The notes: generated from the sequence alone by a model not told the origin. A stretch of 32,000 bases of DNA from Delftia acidovorans NBRC 14950 (GCF_001598795.1 NZ_BCZP01000001.1:60001-92000), one strand, 5' to 3'. Positions 10,077-18,793 are shown, counted from the first letter of the stretch. Made by a program: numbers and translations.

Positions 10077-10808
10077 ATGAGCACCACACATTTCGGATTC
10101 CAGTCGGTGGACGAGCGCGAGAAGGCCAGCCGCGTGCGCGGCGTGTTCGACTCGGTCGCTTCGCGCTACGACGTCATGAACGACCTGATGTCGGGTGGTC
10201 TGCACCGTGCCTGGAAGGCCTATACGGTGATGGTGGCCAACCTCAAGGAAGGCGACAAGGCGCTGGACATCGCGGGTGGCACGGGCGATCTGGCCCTGGC
10301 CTTCGCCAAGAAGGTCGGCTCCACCGGCCAGGTGGTGCACACCGACATCAACGAAGCCATGCTGCGCGTGGGCCGGGACCGGCTGATCAACAAGGGCGTG
10401 ATCCTGCCCACCATGGTCTGCGATGCAGAAGCCCTGCCGTTTCCCGACAACCATTTCGATCTGGTCAGCGTGGCCTTCGGCCTTCGCAACATGACCCACA
10501 AGGATGCGGCGCTCAAGGAAATGAACCGTGTCCTGCGCCCCGGCGGCAAGCTGCTGGTGCTGGAGTTCTCCAAGGTGGCCAAGCCCCTGGAGAAAGCCTA
10601 CGACTGGTACTCCTTCAAGATTCTTCCGGCCATGGGCAAGCTTGTGGCGGGTGATGACGCCAGCTACCGCTATCTGGCCGAGTCCATCCGCATGCACCCC
10701 GGCCAGGAAGATCTCAAGCGCCTGATGCAGGAATGCGGCTTCGGCCATGTGGACTATCACAACATGACGGGCGGCATTGCGGCCCTGCATGTGGGAATCA
10801 AGTGCTGA
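10077..10808 (+). CDS. ubiE: ubiquinone/menaquinone biosynthesis C-methyltransferase
   Basis: Trimmed to the ATG at 10077 ([47 protein letters not shown]). SAM motif [11 protein letters not shown] is present, and the C-terminus (GGIAALHVG) is typical of UbiE. Confidence 0.93.
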   Translation: MSTTHFGFQSVDEREKASRVRGVFDSVASRYDVMNDLMSGGLHRAWKAYTVMVANLKEGDKALDIAGGTGDLALAFAKKVGSTGQVVHTDINEAMLRVGRDRLINKGVILPTMVCDAEALPFPDNHFDLVSVAFGLRNMTHKDAALKEMNRVLRPGGKLLVLEFSKVAKPLEKAYDWYSFKILPAMGKLVAGDDASYRYLAESIRMHPGQEDLKRLMQECGFGHVDYHNMTGGIAALHVGIKC

Positions 10809-10861
10809 GCGCGTGAGGCGTTCGGTGAGGTGACGGCAACACGATTATTCGAGGAGATGAC

Positions 10862-11878
10862 ATGAAAAAGCTATGGTCTATGGTCTTGGTCGCGATGCTG
10901 GTGGTGGTCCACGGCACGGCCGACGCCAAGCGCATGGGCGGTGGCGGATCGGTGGGCAAGCAGTCGAGCAATGTGACGCAGCGTGAAGCTACGCGCGCGC
11001 CGGCGCAGAACACGCCGCCGCAGAACGCCGCCACACAGAACGCTGCGGGCAAGCCTGCCACGCCGCCTGCGGCCGCTCCGGCCAAGAAGCCCTGGGGCGC
11101 CATGCTCGGCGGCCTGGCCGCCGGCCTGGGTCTGGCATGGCTGGCCCACTCGCTGGGTCTGGGCGCCGCCTTCGGCCAGTTCCTGCTGATCGCCCTGCTG
11201 GCTCTGGTCATCATGGTCGTGGTGGGCATGGTCATGCGCTCGCGCCGTGCAGCGGCCGGCGCGCAGCAGGCATCGTCCAGCCCCTTCGCCTTCCAGAGCG
11301 CGGCCCCTGCGGGCGCGGGCAACATGGGTGGCAACGTGGACAGCGCACCGCTGGCACGCCAGTACAACCCCGAGAAGGTTGGCAACGACGCCTCGGCCCG
11401 TCCCTGGGAGCAGAACCACCAGCCGGCCGCCCTGGCCTCGGGTTCCGGCGTGCAGATCGGCTCTGCCCTGGCAGGTTCGCAGAACTGGGGTGTGCCTGAA
11501 GGCTTCGATACCGAAGGCTTCCTGACGGCTGCCAAGCGCAACTTCGTCACCCTGCAATCGGCATGGGACCGCTCGGACATCGCTTCGCTGCGCGCCATGA
11601 TGACCGACGAGATGCTGACCGAGATCCGTGGCCAGCTCAGCGAGCGCGAGGTGCAGCGCCCTGGCCAGCCCAACCAGACCGACGTGGTCATGATCGATGC
11701 CCAACTGCTGGGCATCGAGGATCTGGGCAATGACTACATGGCCAGCGTGGAATTCTCGGGAATGATCCGCGAGGACGCCTCGGCAGGCCCCACGCCCTTC
11801 CGCGAGGTCTGGAACATGACCAAGCCCAAGAGCGGCAGCAGCGGCTGGCTGGTCGCCGGCGTCCAGGCACTGCAGTAA
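10862..11878 (+). CDS. Tim44-like domain membrane protein
   Basis: 338-aa ORF with an N-terminal signal/anchor and an Ala/Pro/Gln-rich linker. A strongly hydrophobic segment follows (LGGLAAGLGLAWL...LLIALLALVIMVVVGMV). The C-terminal Tim44-like pattern is FLTAAKRNFVTLQSAWDRSDIASLRAMMTDEM...FREVWNMTKPKSGSSGWLVAGVQ. RBS is GAGGAG. Confidence 0.8.
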   Translation: MKKLWSMVLVAMLVVVHGTADAKRMGGGGSVGKQSSNVTQREATRAPAQNTPPQNAATQNAAGKPATPPAAAPAKKPWGAMLGGLAAGLGLAWLAHSLGLGAAFGQFLLIALLALVIMVVVGMVMRSRRAAAGAQQASSSPFAFQSAAPAGAGNMGGNVDSAPLARQYNPEKVGNDASARPWEQNHQPAALASGSGVQIGSALAGSQNWGVPEGFDTEGFLTAAKRNFVTLQSAWDRSDIASLRAMMTDEMLTEIRGQLSEREVQRPGQPNQTDVVMIDAQLLGIEDLGNDYMASVEFSGMIREDASAGPTPFREVWNMTKPKSGSSGWLVAGVQALQ

Positions 11879-12000
11879 GTAATTTGCAGAGGACCGGCGC
11901 AAGCCAGGGATGCGACAGGGGGTCACGCCATGGGCTGGCCACTTGTCTCGACCGGATTTGCGTCGGCCGCATCCTCTCACTTCGGGAATAATCGGGGACT

Positions 12001-12639
12001 ATGGCAACACAGTCCCCTTTTTCTTTTCTGAACGGTCTCATGGAACGCGTGATGGCCGGTCCGCAACCGCCGCAATGGCTGGTCAGCGAGGTGCATCAGC
12101 GCCTCGTGCTGTTCCTCAACCATGTGCTGATGCAGGAGAAAGAGGCGATGGAGCGCCTCGTGCGGCAAAAGGGCCGCGTGGCGCGCGTGCAGTGGCGCGG
12201 CTACTCCATGGCCTTGCAGATCACGCCCGCCGGCCTGTTCAACGTGGCGCCCGAAGGCGCGCAGCCCGACCTGCTGCTTGAAGTCACCGAGACCTCCCCG
12301 CTGGCCCTGGCCCAGGTGGCCCTGCGCGGCGACAAGCCCTCCATCCGCATCGAGGGCGACGTGCAACTGGCCGCCGACATCAACTGGCTGGTGGACCACG
12401 TCGAATGGGACGTGGAGGAAGACTTGGCCCGCATCATCGGCGATGCGCCCGCGCACACCGTGGCCAAGCTCGCGCGCAGCGCCGCCCAGGCGCTGCGCCA
12501 GTTCGTGGGCGCCCGCATGGCCGGCAAGCCCGATGCCGATGCCCCCGCCCCCGAGGCCGCACGTGCGGCAGCGCCCGCCAGCGCGCCCGTTGGTTCCCCC
12601 GTGGTATCCCTGCCCGGTTTCGAGAACGACAAGCCATGA
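12001..12639 (+). CDS. ubiJ: ubiquinone biosynthesis accessory factor, SCP2-like lipid-binding protein
   Basis: 212-aa [41 protein letters not shown] aligns with E. coli UbiJ GDIQVVQNFVALADLAEFDPAELLAPYTGDIAAEGISK. Its stop overlaps the ubiB start (ATGA). Confidence 0.8.
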   Translation: MATQSPFSFLNGLMERVMAGPQPPQWLVSEVHQRLVLFLNHVLMQEKEAMERLVRQKGRVARVQWRGYSMALQITPAGLFNVAPEGAQPDLLLEVTETSPLALAQVALRGDKPSIRIEGDVQLAADINWLVDHVEWDVEEDLARIIGDAPAHTVAKLARSAAQALRQFVGARMAGKPDADAPAPEAARAAAPASAPVGSPVVSLPGFENDKP

Positions 12640-14201
12640 GCCGGTTTCTTCGCGGGCTGACCATCCTCTGGGTGGTGTTCCGCTACGGACTCGACGAACT
12701 GGTGCTGTCGAGCTTCGAGCATCCCTGGATGCGCCGCGCACGCGCGGTGCTCACGCTGGGCCGGCGGCTGGACAAGCCGCGCGGCCAGCGCCTGCGCGAG
12801 GCCCTGGAGGAGCTGGGGCCCATCTTCGTGAAGTTCGGCCAGGTGCTGTCCACGCGCAGCGACCTGATGCCGCCCGACGTGGCCGAGGAGCTGGCCCGGT
12901 TGCAGGACCGCGTGCCGCCCTTCGATTCGCAGATTGCGGTGGACACCATCGAGCGCGCCTTCCGCAAGAAGCTGGACCAGATCTTCGTGAGCTTCGAGCG
13001 CGAGCCGGTGGCCAGCGCCTCCATCGCCCAGGTGCACTTTGCCGTGATCAGCGACCGCAACGGCGTGCAGCGCGACGTGGCCGTCAAGGTGCTGCGTCCG
13101 GGCATGAAGACCGTGATCGACAAGGACCTGGCGCTGATGCACATGATGGCGCGCTGGGTCGAGCGCCTGTCGGCCGACGGCAAGCGCCTCAAGCCCCGCC
13201 AGGTCGTGGCCGAGTTCGACAACTACCTGCACGATGAGCTGGACCTGATCCGCGAAGCCTCCAACGCCGCGCAACTGCGCCGCAACATGGAAGGGCTGGA
13301 CCTGGTACTGATCCCCGAGGTGTACTGGGATTTCTGCCGCAACGACGTGATGGTCATGCAGCGCATGACCGGCGTGCCCATCAGCCAGGTCGAGCGTCTG
13401 CGCGAAGCCGGCGTGGACATCCCCAAGCTGGCACGCGACGGCGTGACCATCTTCTTCACCCAGGTCTTTCGCGATGGCTTCTTTCACGCCGACATGCACC
13501 CGGGCAACATCATGGTCAGCCTGGAGCCCGAGACCTTCGGGCGCTATATCTCGCTGGACTTCGGCATCGTCGGCACGCTGACCGAGTACGACAAGGAATA
13601 CCTGGCGCAGAACTTCACGGCCTTCTTCCGCCGTGACTACAAGCGCGTGGCCGAGCTGCACATCGAAAGCGGCTGGGTGCCGCCGAGCACGCGCGTGGAC
13701 GAGCTGGAGGCCGCCATCCGCGCCGTCTGCGAGCCGTACTTCGACCGTCCGCTGGCCGAGATTTCGCTGGGCATGGTGCTGATGCGCCTGTTCCAGACCT
13801 CTCGCCGCTTTCAAGTCGAGATCCAGCCGCAACTGGTGCTGCTGCAAAAGACACTGCTCAACATCGAAGGCCTGGGGCGCCAGCTGGACCCCAACCTGGA
13901 CCTGTGGAGCACGGCCAAGCCCTTCCTCGAAAAATGGATGCTGGATCAGATGGGCCCGCAACGGCTGTGGCGCGAGCTGCTGGCCGAGGCGCCGCGCTAT
14001 GCCAAGCTCATTCCCGAGTTGCCGCGCCTGATCCATCGCCGGCTCACGCGCAACTCCGGCGAGCACGACGAACTGCTCAAGGAGCTGCTGCAGCAGCAAA
14101 AGCTCACCAACCGCCTGTTGCAGGCCATCGTCAGCGCCGGCATCGGCTTTGTCATAGCGCTGATCCTGCTGCAACTGGTGGTGCGGCTGCGCTGGTACTG
14201 A
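12636..14201 (+). CDS. ubiB: ubiquinone biosynthesis regulatory protein kinase-like protein (ABC1/ADCK family)
   Basis: ORF 12405..14201 trimmed to the ATG at 12636 ([23 protein letters not shown]), giving 521 aa. ABC1 motifs are [29 protein letters not shown] and [13 protein letters not shown]-terminal TM helix is present. Confidence 0.93.
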   Translation: MSRFLRGLTILWVVFRYGLDELVLSSFEHPWMRRARAVLTLGRRLDKPRGQRLREALEELGPIFVKFGQVLSTRSDLMPPDVAEELARLQDRVPPFDSQIAVDTIERAFRKKLDQIFVSFEREPVASASIAQVHFAVISDRNGVQRDVAVKVLRPGMKTVIDKDLALMHMMARWVERLSADGKRLKPRQVVAEFDNYLHDELDLIREASNAAQLRRNMEGLDLVLIPEVYWDFCRNDVMVMQRMTGVPISQVERLREAGVDIPKLARDGVTIFFTQVFRDGFFHADMHPGNIMVSLEPETFGRYISLDFGIVGTLTEYDKEYLAQNFTAFFRRDYKRVAELHIESGWVPPSTRVDELEAAIRAVCEPYFDRPLAEISLGMVLMRLFQTSRRFQVEIQPQLVLLQKTLLNIEGLGRQLDPNLDLWSTAKPFLEKWMLDQMGPQRLWRELLAEAPRYAKLIPELPRLIHRRLTRNSGEHDELLKELLQQQKLTNRLLQAIVSAGIGFVIALILLQLVVRLRWY

Positions 14202-14259
14202 GAACACTGACGGGTTTCCGGACCTCTCCCTTTTCCCACTTTGAAACAGGAGTGCCAGC

Positions 14260-15708
14260 GTGCTGCTCTCTATGGTGATCGCCTACCTGTTCGTGACCAT
14301 CGCCATCGGCCTGTGGGCGGCCAGGCGGGTCAAGAACACGGCCGACTTCGCAATTGCCGGGCGCCATCTGCCCATGTACATGATCATCACCACCACGTTT
14401 GCCACGTGGTTCGGCTCGGAGATCGTGCTCGGCGTGCCCGCCAAGTTCATCGAGGGCGGCCTGCGCGGCGTGGTCGAAGACCCGTTCGGCGCGGGCATGT
14501 GCCTGATCCTGGTGGGCCTGTTCTTCGCGGGCAAGCTCTACCGCATGACGCTGCTGACCATCAGCGACTACTACCGCCACCGCTATGGCCGGTCCATCGA
14601 GATCGTCTGCTCGCTGATCATCATGCTCAGCTACCTGGGCTGGGTCTCGGCCCAGGTCACGGCCCTGGGCCTGGTGTTCAACCTGCTGTCGGGCGGCACG
14701 GTCAGCATTTCCATGGGCATGGCCATCGGCGTGGTGTCCATCCTGGCCTATACGCTGTTCGGCGGCATGTGGTCGGTGGCGGTGACGGACTTCCTGCAGA
14801 TGATCATCCTGGTCGTCGGCCTGGTGGTGCTGGCCTGGTTTGCCAGCGACATGGCTGGCGGTGCCGGCAAGGTCATCGACCTGGCCGTGAGCCGCGATCT
14901 GTTCCAGTTCTGGCCCGAGCCCAGCTGGCATGAGATCCTCTTCTTCTTTGGCGCCGCCATCACCATGATGCTGGGCTCCATTCCCCAGTAGGACGTGTTC
15001 CAGCGCGTGATGTCGGCCCACAGCGAGAAGGCCGCCACGCGCGGCACCGTCATCGGTGGCTCGGCCTATATCTGCTTCGCCTTCGTACCCATGTTCCTCG
15101 TGGCCAGCGCGCTGATCATCATGCCGCAGGAGGCAGCGGAACTGCTCAAGCAGGACCCGCAGAAGGTGCTGCCCACCCTGGTCATGGACAAGATGCCCTT
15201 TGTCATGCAGGTGCTGTTCTTCGGCGCGCTGCTGTCGGCCATCAAGTCCTGTGCCTCGGCCACGCTGCTGGCGCCCAGCGTGACCTTTACCGAGAACATC
15301 TGGCGCCAGTTCCGCACCCAGGCCAGCGACCGGGAAATGCTGCTGGCCATGCGCATCAGCGTGCTCGTCTTCAGCATCTGCGTGCTGGCCTACTCGATCA
15401 AGATGGAAGGAACGCCCATCTATGAGCTGGTCTCCAGCGCCTACCAGGTGCCGTTGGTTGGTGCCTTCGTGCCGCTGGTCTTCGGGCTGTACTGGAAGCG
15501 CGCCACCACGCAGGGCGCCATTTGCGCCGTGGCACTGGGCATTGGCGTGTGGGTGGTCTTCATGGCCACGCCGGCTTTGCACGAGGCATTTCCGCAGCAA
15601 TTGGCGGGCCTGCTGGCTGCAGTGACGGGGATGGTGGCCGGCTCACTGGCACCGCAGTGGCTGGCCAATCGCAGCGCAGACATTCTTGAATTCAGGCCCG
15701 AAAGGTAA
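14260..15708 (+). pseudogene. sodium:solute symporter family (SSF/CHT-like) transporter interrupted by an in-frame TAG
   Basis: ORFs 14260..14991 and 14995..15708 share one frame (offset 735 = 245 codons). They are separated only by TAG at 14989-14991. The junction GSIPQ*DVFQRVMSA sits inside a conserved SSF segment, where Gln (CAG) is what I would expect. AGGAG precedes the GTG start by 7 nt. Confidence 0.8.
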
Positions 15709-15737
15709 GCGCCGCTCCTTATCATTTGCAAAAACAA

Positions 15738-15767
15738 TTGATGACAATCATCAATAGTTATTAACTA
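15738..15767. promoter_or_regulatory. two adjacent perfect palindromes in the AT-rich spacer upstream of the repeat-protein gene
   Basis: TTGATGAcaaTCATCAA (15738-15754, 7-bp arms) is immediately followed by TAGTTAtTAACTA (15755-15767, 6-bp arms). The surrounding 60 bp are the most AT-rich in the window. Confidence 0.35.
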
Positions 15768-15884
15768 TATAGTCAGCGACTGGGATTGTGGAGGTCCCGG
15801 AATGCTGACTTGGGTGGTCTGAAGCACAGGGCCTGACAGTACGGCGGACCTCCGAATAGCAAACGCTTGGGAGGAAGCACCGTC

Positions 15885-18569
15885 ATGAAAACACTCAAAC
15901 TGATTGCGAGGGCTCGCCGGCTGAAGCTGCGGCCTGTTGCTGGCGTCCGGTTCCGATGGAGGTGGCTTGGAGGCGCCTTGCTTGTGCCAGCCCTGTGCGG
16001 CCAGGTGGCAATGGCTGCGCCGAGGATCCCGGTCGCGCCGGTCATTGTCTGGAGCGAGGATTTCGAAAACCCGCAGACACCTCCCATCACCACGGAGGGG
16101 CGGGATCTGCTGGCCTACCAGGGCGCGGCCCCTGCGGGGCAGATGTATACCGCCGACCCGCTGTACCGGATGAGCGCCAACCAGTGCAATGGCATAGTCA
16201 CCTCATTCAGCCAGAATCCGAATTCGGCGGCGATGATTGCGGCGTGCGCTGTCCAAGGCAACTGGAACAGCCTGCAGCAGATGGCCGAGGTCGCCGGGCG
16301 CTATCAGGGCCAGAGTGCGGCGGCTGCACGCAACAATCACGTCATGGCAATGCTTACAGCGAATGGGACCTTTCCTACTGGCGCAATTGCCTTTCGCACC
16401 GCCACCAATATTGCACAAAGTGCCAGCAGCAGATTCCTCACGGCCCGTACCGATGTGGTGGCGACCTTCTGCTCGTCGGGATTTGCAGCCCCGCTGCTGC
16501 GTTTTTCCCTGATCAATGACGCTGGTACGGAACTGCCCATCTCCACGACCGCGATCAATCCATGCGTGGGTGGACAGTCATTCAATACAACACCTATCGG
16601 TATTTCCGGCTCCCAGACCGCTGTGGCCCAGACGGTGACTTCTCCGGGAGCACTGCTCTTCAGCGGGGCCTCTGTCGGGTTTGTTCTGCACAACGACCAG
16701 ACCAGCTCCATGGGCAACGATTCGTCGATCGACAACGCGCAGATCATCGACGTGACGCCGCAGCTGGACAAGGCCTTCTCGCCTGCCAGCATCCAACTCG
16801 GGCAGGTCTCCCGGCTGACCATGACCATCACCAATACGACCGATCTGCTGCGCAAGCAAGGCTGGTCGTTTACCGACAACCTGCCTGCAGGACTGGTCGT
16901 CGAGGGCAATGCCAGCACCACCTGCCCCGGCACGACCGTGCAGGCTGCAGCAGGCGGCAGCACCGTGACCGTGTCCAACGGAGACCTGGCCCAGGGCGCC
17001 GCCTTCTGCGAGGTGAGCCTCGACGTGCGCCCGACCGCGGCAGGCAGCTTCACCAACGGTCCTTCCAACCTCTCCCTGATCGGCCTGAACCAACCGGCCA
17101 CACTGGCTGTGCTGGCGGTTGCGCCAGCGGCCGACATGCAGGCCGCCAGCGTTGATCTTCCGCCGTCCATGACGGTGGGAGCACCGGTATCCGGCAGCTT
17201 CAGCTGCACCAACGCGGGACCCAGCCCTGCGGCGGCAGCCTCGTGCGCCATTTCAGGTCTGCCGGCAGGCGCTTCCGTGTCCTGCACTCCCGCTGTACCT
17301 ACAGGATCGCCGCTGGCCGCAGGCGACAGCATCGCCTGCACGGTAGGCTTCACGCCTGCTGTCACGGGCGCCATCACGGCACTGGTGACGGCCGGCAGTG
17401 CAACGACAGATCTGGTGCCAAGCAACAATACGATGTCCTTCCCCTACAACCCAGGGGAGTCGGCGGACATGAGGGCCACGGAGCTGACCCTGCCGGCCTC
17501 CATGGCGGTGGGCACGCCAGCATCCGGCAGCTTCAGCTGCACCAACGCGGGACCCAGCCCTGCGGCGGCAGCCTCGTGCGCCATTTCAGGTCTGCCCGCA
17601 GGCGCTTCCGTGTCCTGCACTCCCGCTGTACCTACAGGATCGCCGCTGGCCTCGGGCGCCCGCATTGACTGCACGGTGGGCTTCACGCCCACAGCGGGCG
17701 GGGCATTCACGGCCCTGGTCTCCGCCAGCAGTGGCACGCAGGACCCGGTGCCTGCCAACAACACGATCTTGCGCCCCTACAGCCCCGGGGAGCGTGCCGA
17801 CATGCAGGCCAGCGCCATCACGCTTCCCCTGACCATGACGGTGAGCGTGCCGGTGTCCGGCAGTTTCAGCTGCACCAATGCCGGCCCCAGTGCGGCCACG
17901 GCGGCCTCGTGCGTGATCTCCGGCCTGCCAGCCGGGGCGACCACGTCCTGCACACCCAGCGTGCCCACGGCCTCGCCATTGGCATCGGGCGGCAGCATCG
18001 CCTGCACAGTGCAGTTCACGCCCACCACAACGGGCACCATCGCGGCCTTGGTGACGGCGAGCAGCAGCACGGTGGATCCGGTGCCGGCCAACAACACCAA
18101 GGCCCACCCCTTCAACCCCGTGGAGCGGGCCGATATGCAGGCCACCAGCGTCACGCTGCCGGCCACCGCCAACGTGGGTGTTCCCGTGAAGGGATCGTTC
18201 ATCTGCACGAATGCCGGCCCCAATGCGGCGGCCTTTGCCAATTGCTCCATCGCAGGGTTGCCGGCAGGTGCCAGCACCTCATGCACGCCTGCTGTGCCGA
18301 CAGGCGCGCCGCTGGCCTCGGGTGCCAGCATTTCCTGCACGGTGAGCTTCACGCCCACCACGCAGGGCAGCCTGACAGCCACCGTGACGGCGGTCAGTGG
18401 AACCACGGACCCGGAGCCGGCCAACAATTCGCGGGATCAGGAATTGGTGGTTGCTGCCGCATTGACGCCGGAGCCGGTCCCCGCCACCGGGGTGCCCGCA
18501 CTGGTGCTGATGGGCCTTGCCGTCATGCTGGCCGGTATGGGGATGCAGCGGCGCCGGGCACGGCGCTGA
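15885..18569 (+). CDS. secreted/cell-surface DUF11-like repeat protein with C-terminal PEP/IPTL-CTERM-like sorting tail
   Basis: ORF 15867..18569 trimmed to the ATG at 15885, with GGAGG 10 nt upstream. Signal-peptide-like N-terminus is ...GGALLVPALCGQVAMAAP. An unassigned domain of about 290 aa ends in GNDSSIDNAQIIDV. One DUF11-like domain follows (TNTTDL...NLPAGLVVEG...TCPG...AAFCEVSLDV). Four 111-aa repeats come next, each with N(A)GPS..A, GLPAG and a terminal D..P.NN. The tail is an Arg cluster. Confidence 0.85.
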   Translation: MKTLKLIARARRLKLRPVAGVRFRWRWLGGALLVPALCGQVAMAAPRIPVAPVIVWSEDFENPQTPPITTEGRDLLAYQGAAPAGQMYTADPLYRMSANQCNGIVTSFSQNPNSAAMIAACAVQGNWNSLQQMAEVAGRYQGQSAAAARNNHVMAMLTANGTFPTGAIAFRTATNIAQSASSRFLTARTDVVATFCSSGFAAPLLRFSLINDAGTELPISTTAINPCVGGQSFNTTPIGISGSQTAVAQTVTSPGALLFSGASVGFVLHNDQTSSMGNDSSIDNAQIIDVTPQLDKAFSPASIQLGQVSRLTMTITNTTDLLRKQGWSFTDNLPAGLVVEGNASTTCPGTTVQAAAGGSTVTVSNGDLAQGAAFCEVSLDVRPTAAGSFTNGPSNLSLIGLNQPATLAVLAVAPAADMQAASVDLPPSMTVGAPVSGSFSCTNAGPSPAAAASCAISGLPAGASVSCTPAVPTGSPLAAGDSIACTVGFTPAVTGAITALVTAGSATTDLVPSNNTMSFPYNPGESADMRATELTLPASMAVGTPASGSFSCTNAGPSPAAAASCAISGLPAGASVSCTPAVPTGSPLASGARIDCTVGFTPTAGGAFTALVSASSGTQDPVPANNTILRPYSPGERADMQASAITLPLTMTVSVPVSGSFSCTNAGPSAATAASCVISGLPAGATTSCTPSVPTASPLASGGSIACTVQFTPTTTGTIAALVTASSSTVDPVPANNTKAHPFNPVERADMQATSVTLPATANVGVPVKGSFICTNAGPNAAAFANCSIAGLPAGASTSCTPAVPTGAPLASGASISCTVSFTPTTQGSLTATVTAVSGTTDPEPANNSRDQELVVAAALTPEPVPATGVPALVLMGLAVMLAGMGMQRRRARR
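17130..18461 (+). repeat. four in-frame tandem repeats of exactly 333 bp (111 aa) inside the surface-protein gene
   Basis: Unit starts (codons for A-D-M) fall at 17130, 17463, 17796 and 18129. Units 1 and 2 share a 130-bp block (17189-17318 vs 17522-17651) with a single mismatch. Their flanks and units 3-4 are much more diverged. Confidence 0.9.
18468..18566 (+). other. C-terminal sorting-signal-like tail: PEP motif, hydrophobic helix, Arg cluster
   Basis: Translated tail is PEPVPATGVPALVLMGLAVMLAGMGMQRRRARR. The layout is a short Pro-containing motif (PEP; also VPAL resembling IPTL), then a TM-like segment of about 18 residues, then RRRARR at the extreme C-terminus. PEP-CTERM and IPTL-CTERM domains have this layout. 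Confidence 0.55.
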
Positions 18570-18623
18570 ACATGGACGCGGCAGGCGCCCCGGCAGCGGG
18601 GCTTGCCGGCACCGCCCTGATGG

Positions 18624-18656
18624 AATGCCAGTCCGCGCGACTGGCATTTTGCATTT
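18624..18656 (+). terminator. intrinsic terminator after the repeat-protein gene
   Basis: AATGCCAGTC-cgcgc-GACTGGCATT gives a 10-bp stem and 5-nt loop, running into TTTTGCATTT. Confidence 0.5.
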
Positions 18657-18748
18657 CGGGCCATCAGGTACAGACTGATGCATGCGGCTTGCGGCTCTCT
18701 GGCCTGGGCCTTTGGGGGGCAAGGCAGCCGCAGTATCGGGCGGATGCC

Positions 18749-18754
18749 TATAAT
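18749..18754 (+). promoter_or_regulatory. consensus -10 hexamer TATAAT upstream of fmdB
   Basis: A perfect TATAAT lies 40 bp upstream of the ATG at 18794 in an otherwise GC-rich spacer. There is no good -35 at 17-bp spacing. Confidence 0.3.
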
Positions 18755-18793
18755 CGAAAGTTTTGCATCTTCTCTCGTATAAGCATTAGCGCC

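Noticed and set aside
14989-14991. The TAG in the symporter as a programmed recoding event (pyrrolysine or a dedicated read-through signal).
   Set aside because: No pyl genes or recoding-like downstream structure are visible, and this chemistry is not expected in this lineage. A simple CAG-to-TAG nonsense change or a sequencing error is more parsimonious.
17130-18461. Regularly spaced repeats that might suggest a CRISPR array or a satellite.
   Set aside because: The period is 333 bp with no short conserved repeat/unique spacer alternation. The units are in frame within one long ORF and encode a conserved protein domain. No cas genes are present.
15709-18793. The surface-protein region as a mobile element or genomic island with defined ends.
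   Set aside because: There is no integrase, transposase or tRNA. I found no terminal inverted or direct repeats in the two flanking spacers beyond trivial TTTGCA strings. It is kept only as a possible variable region.
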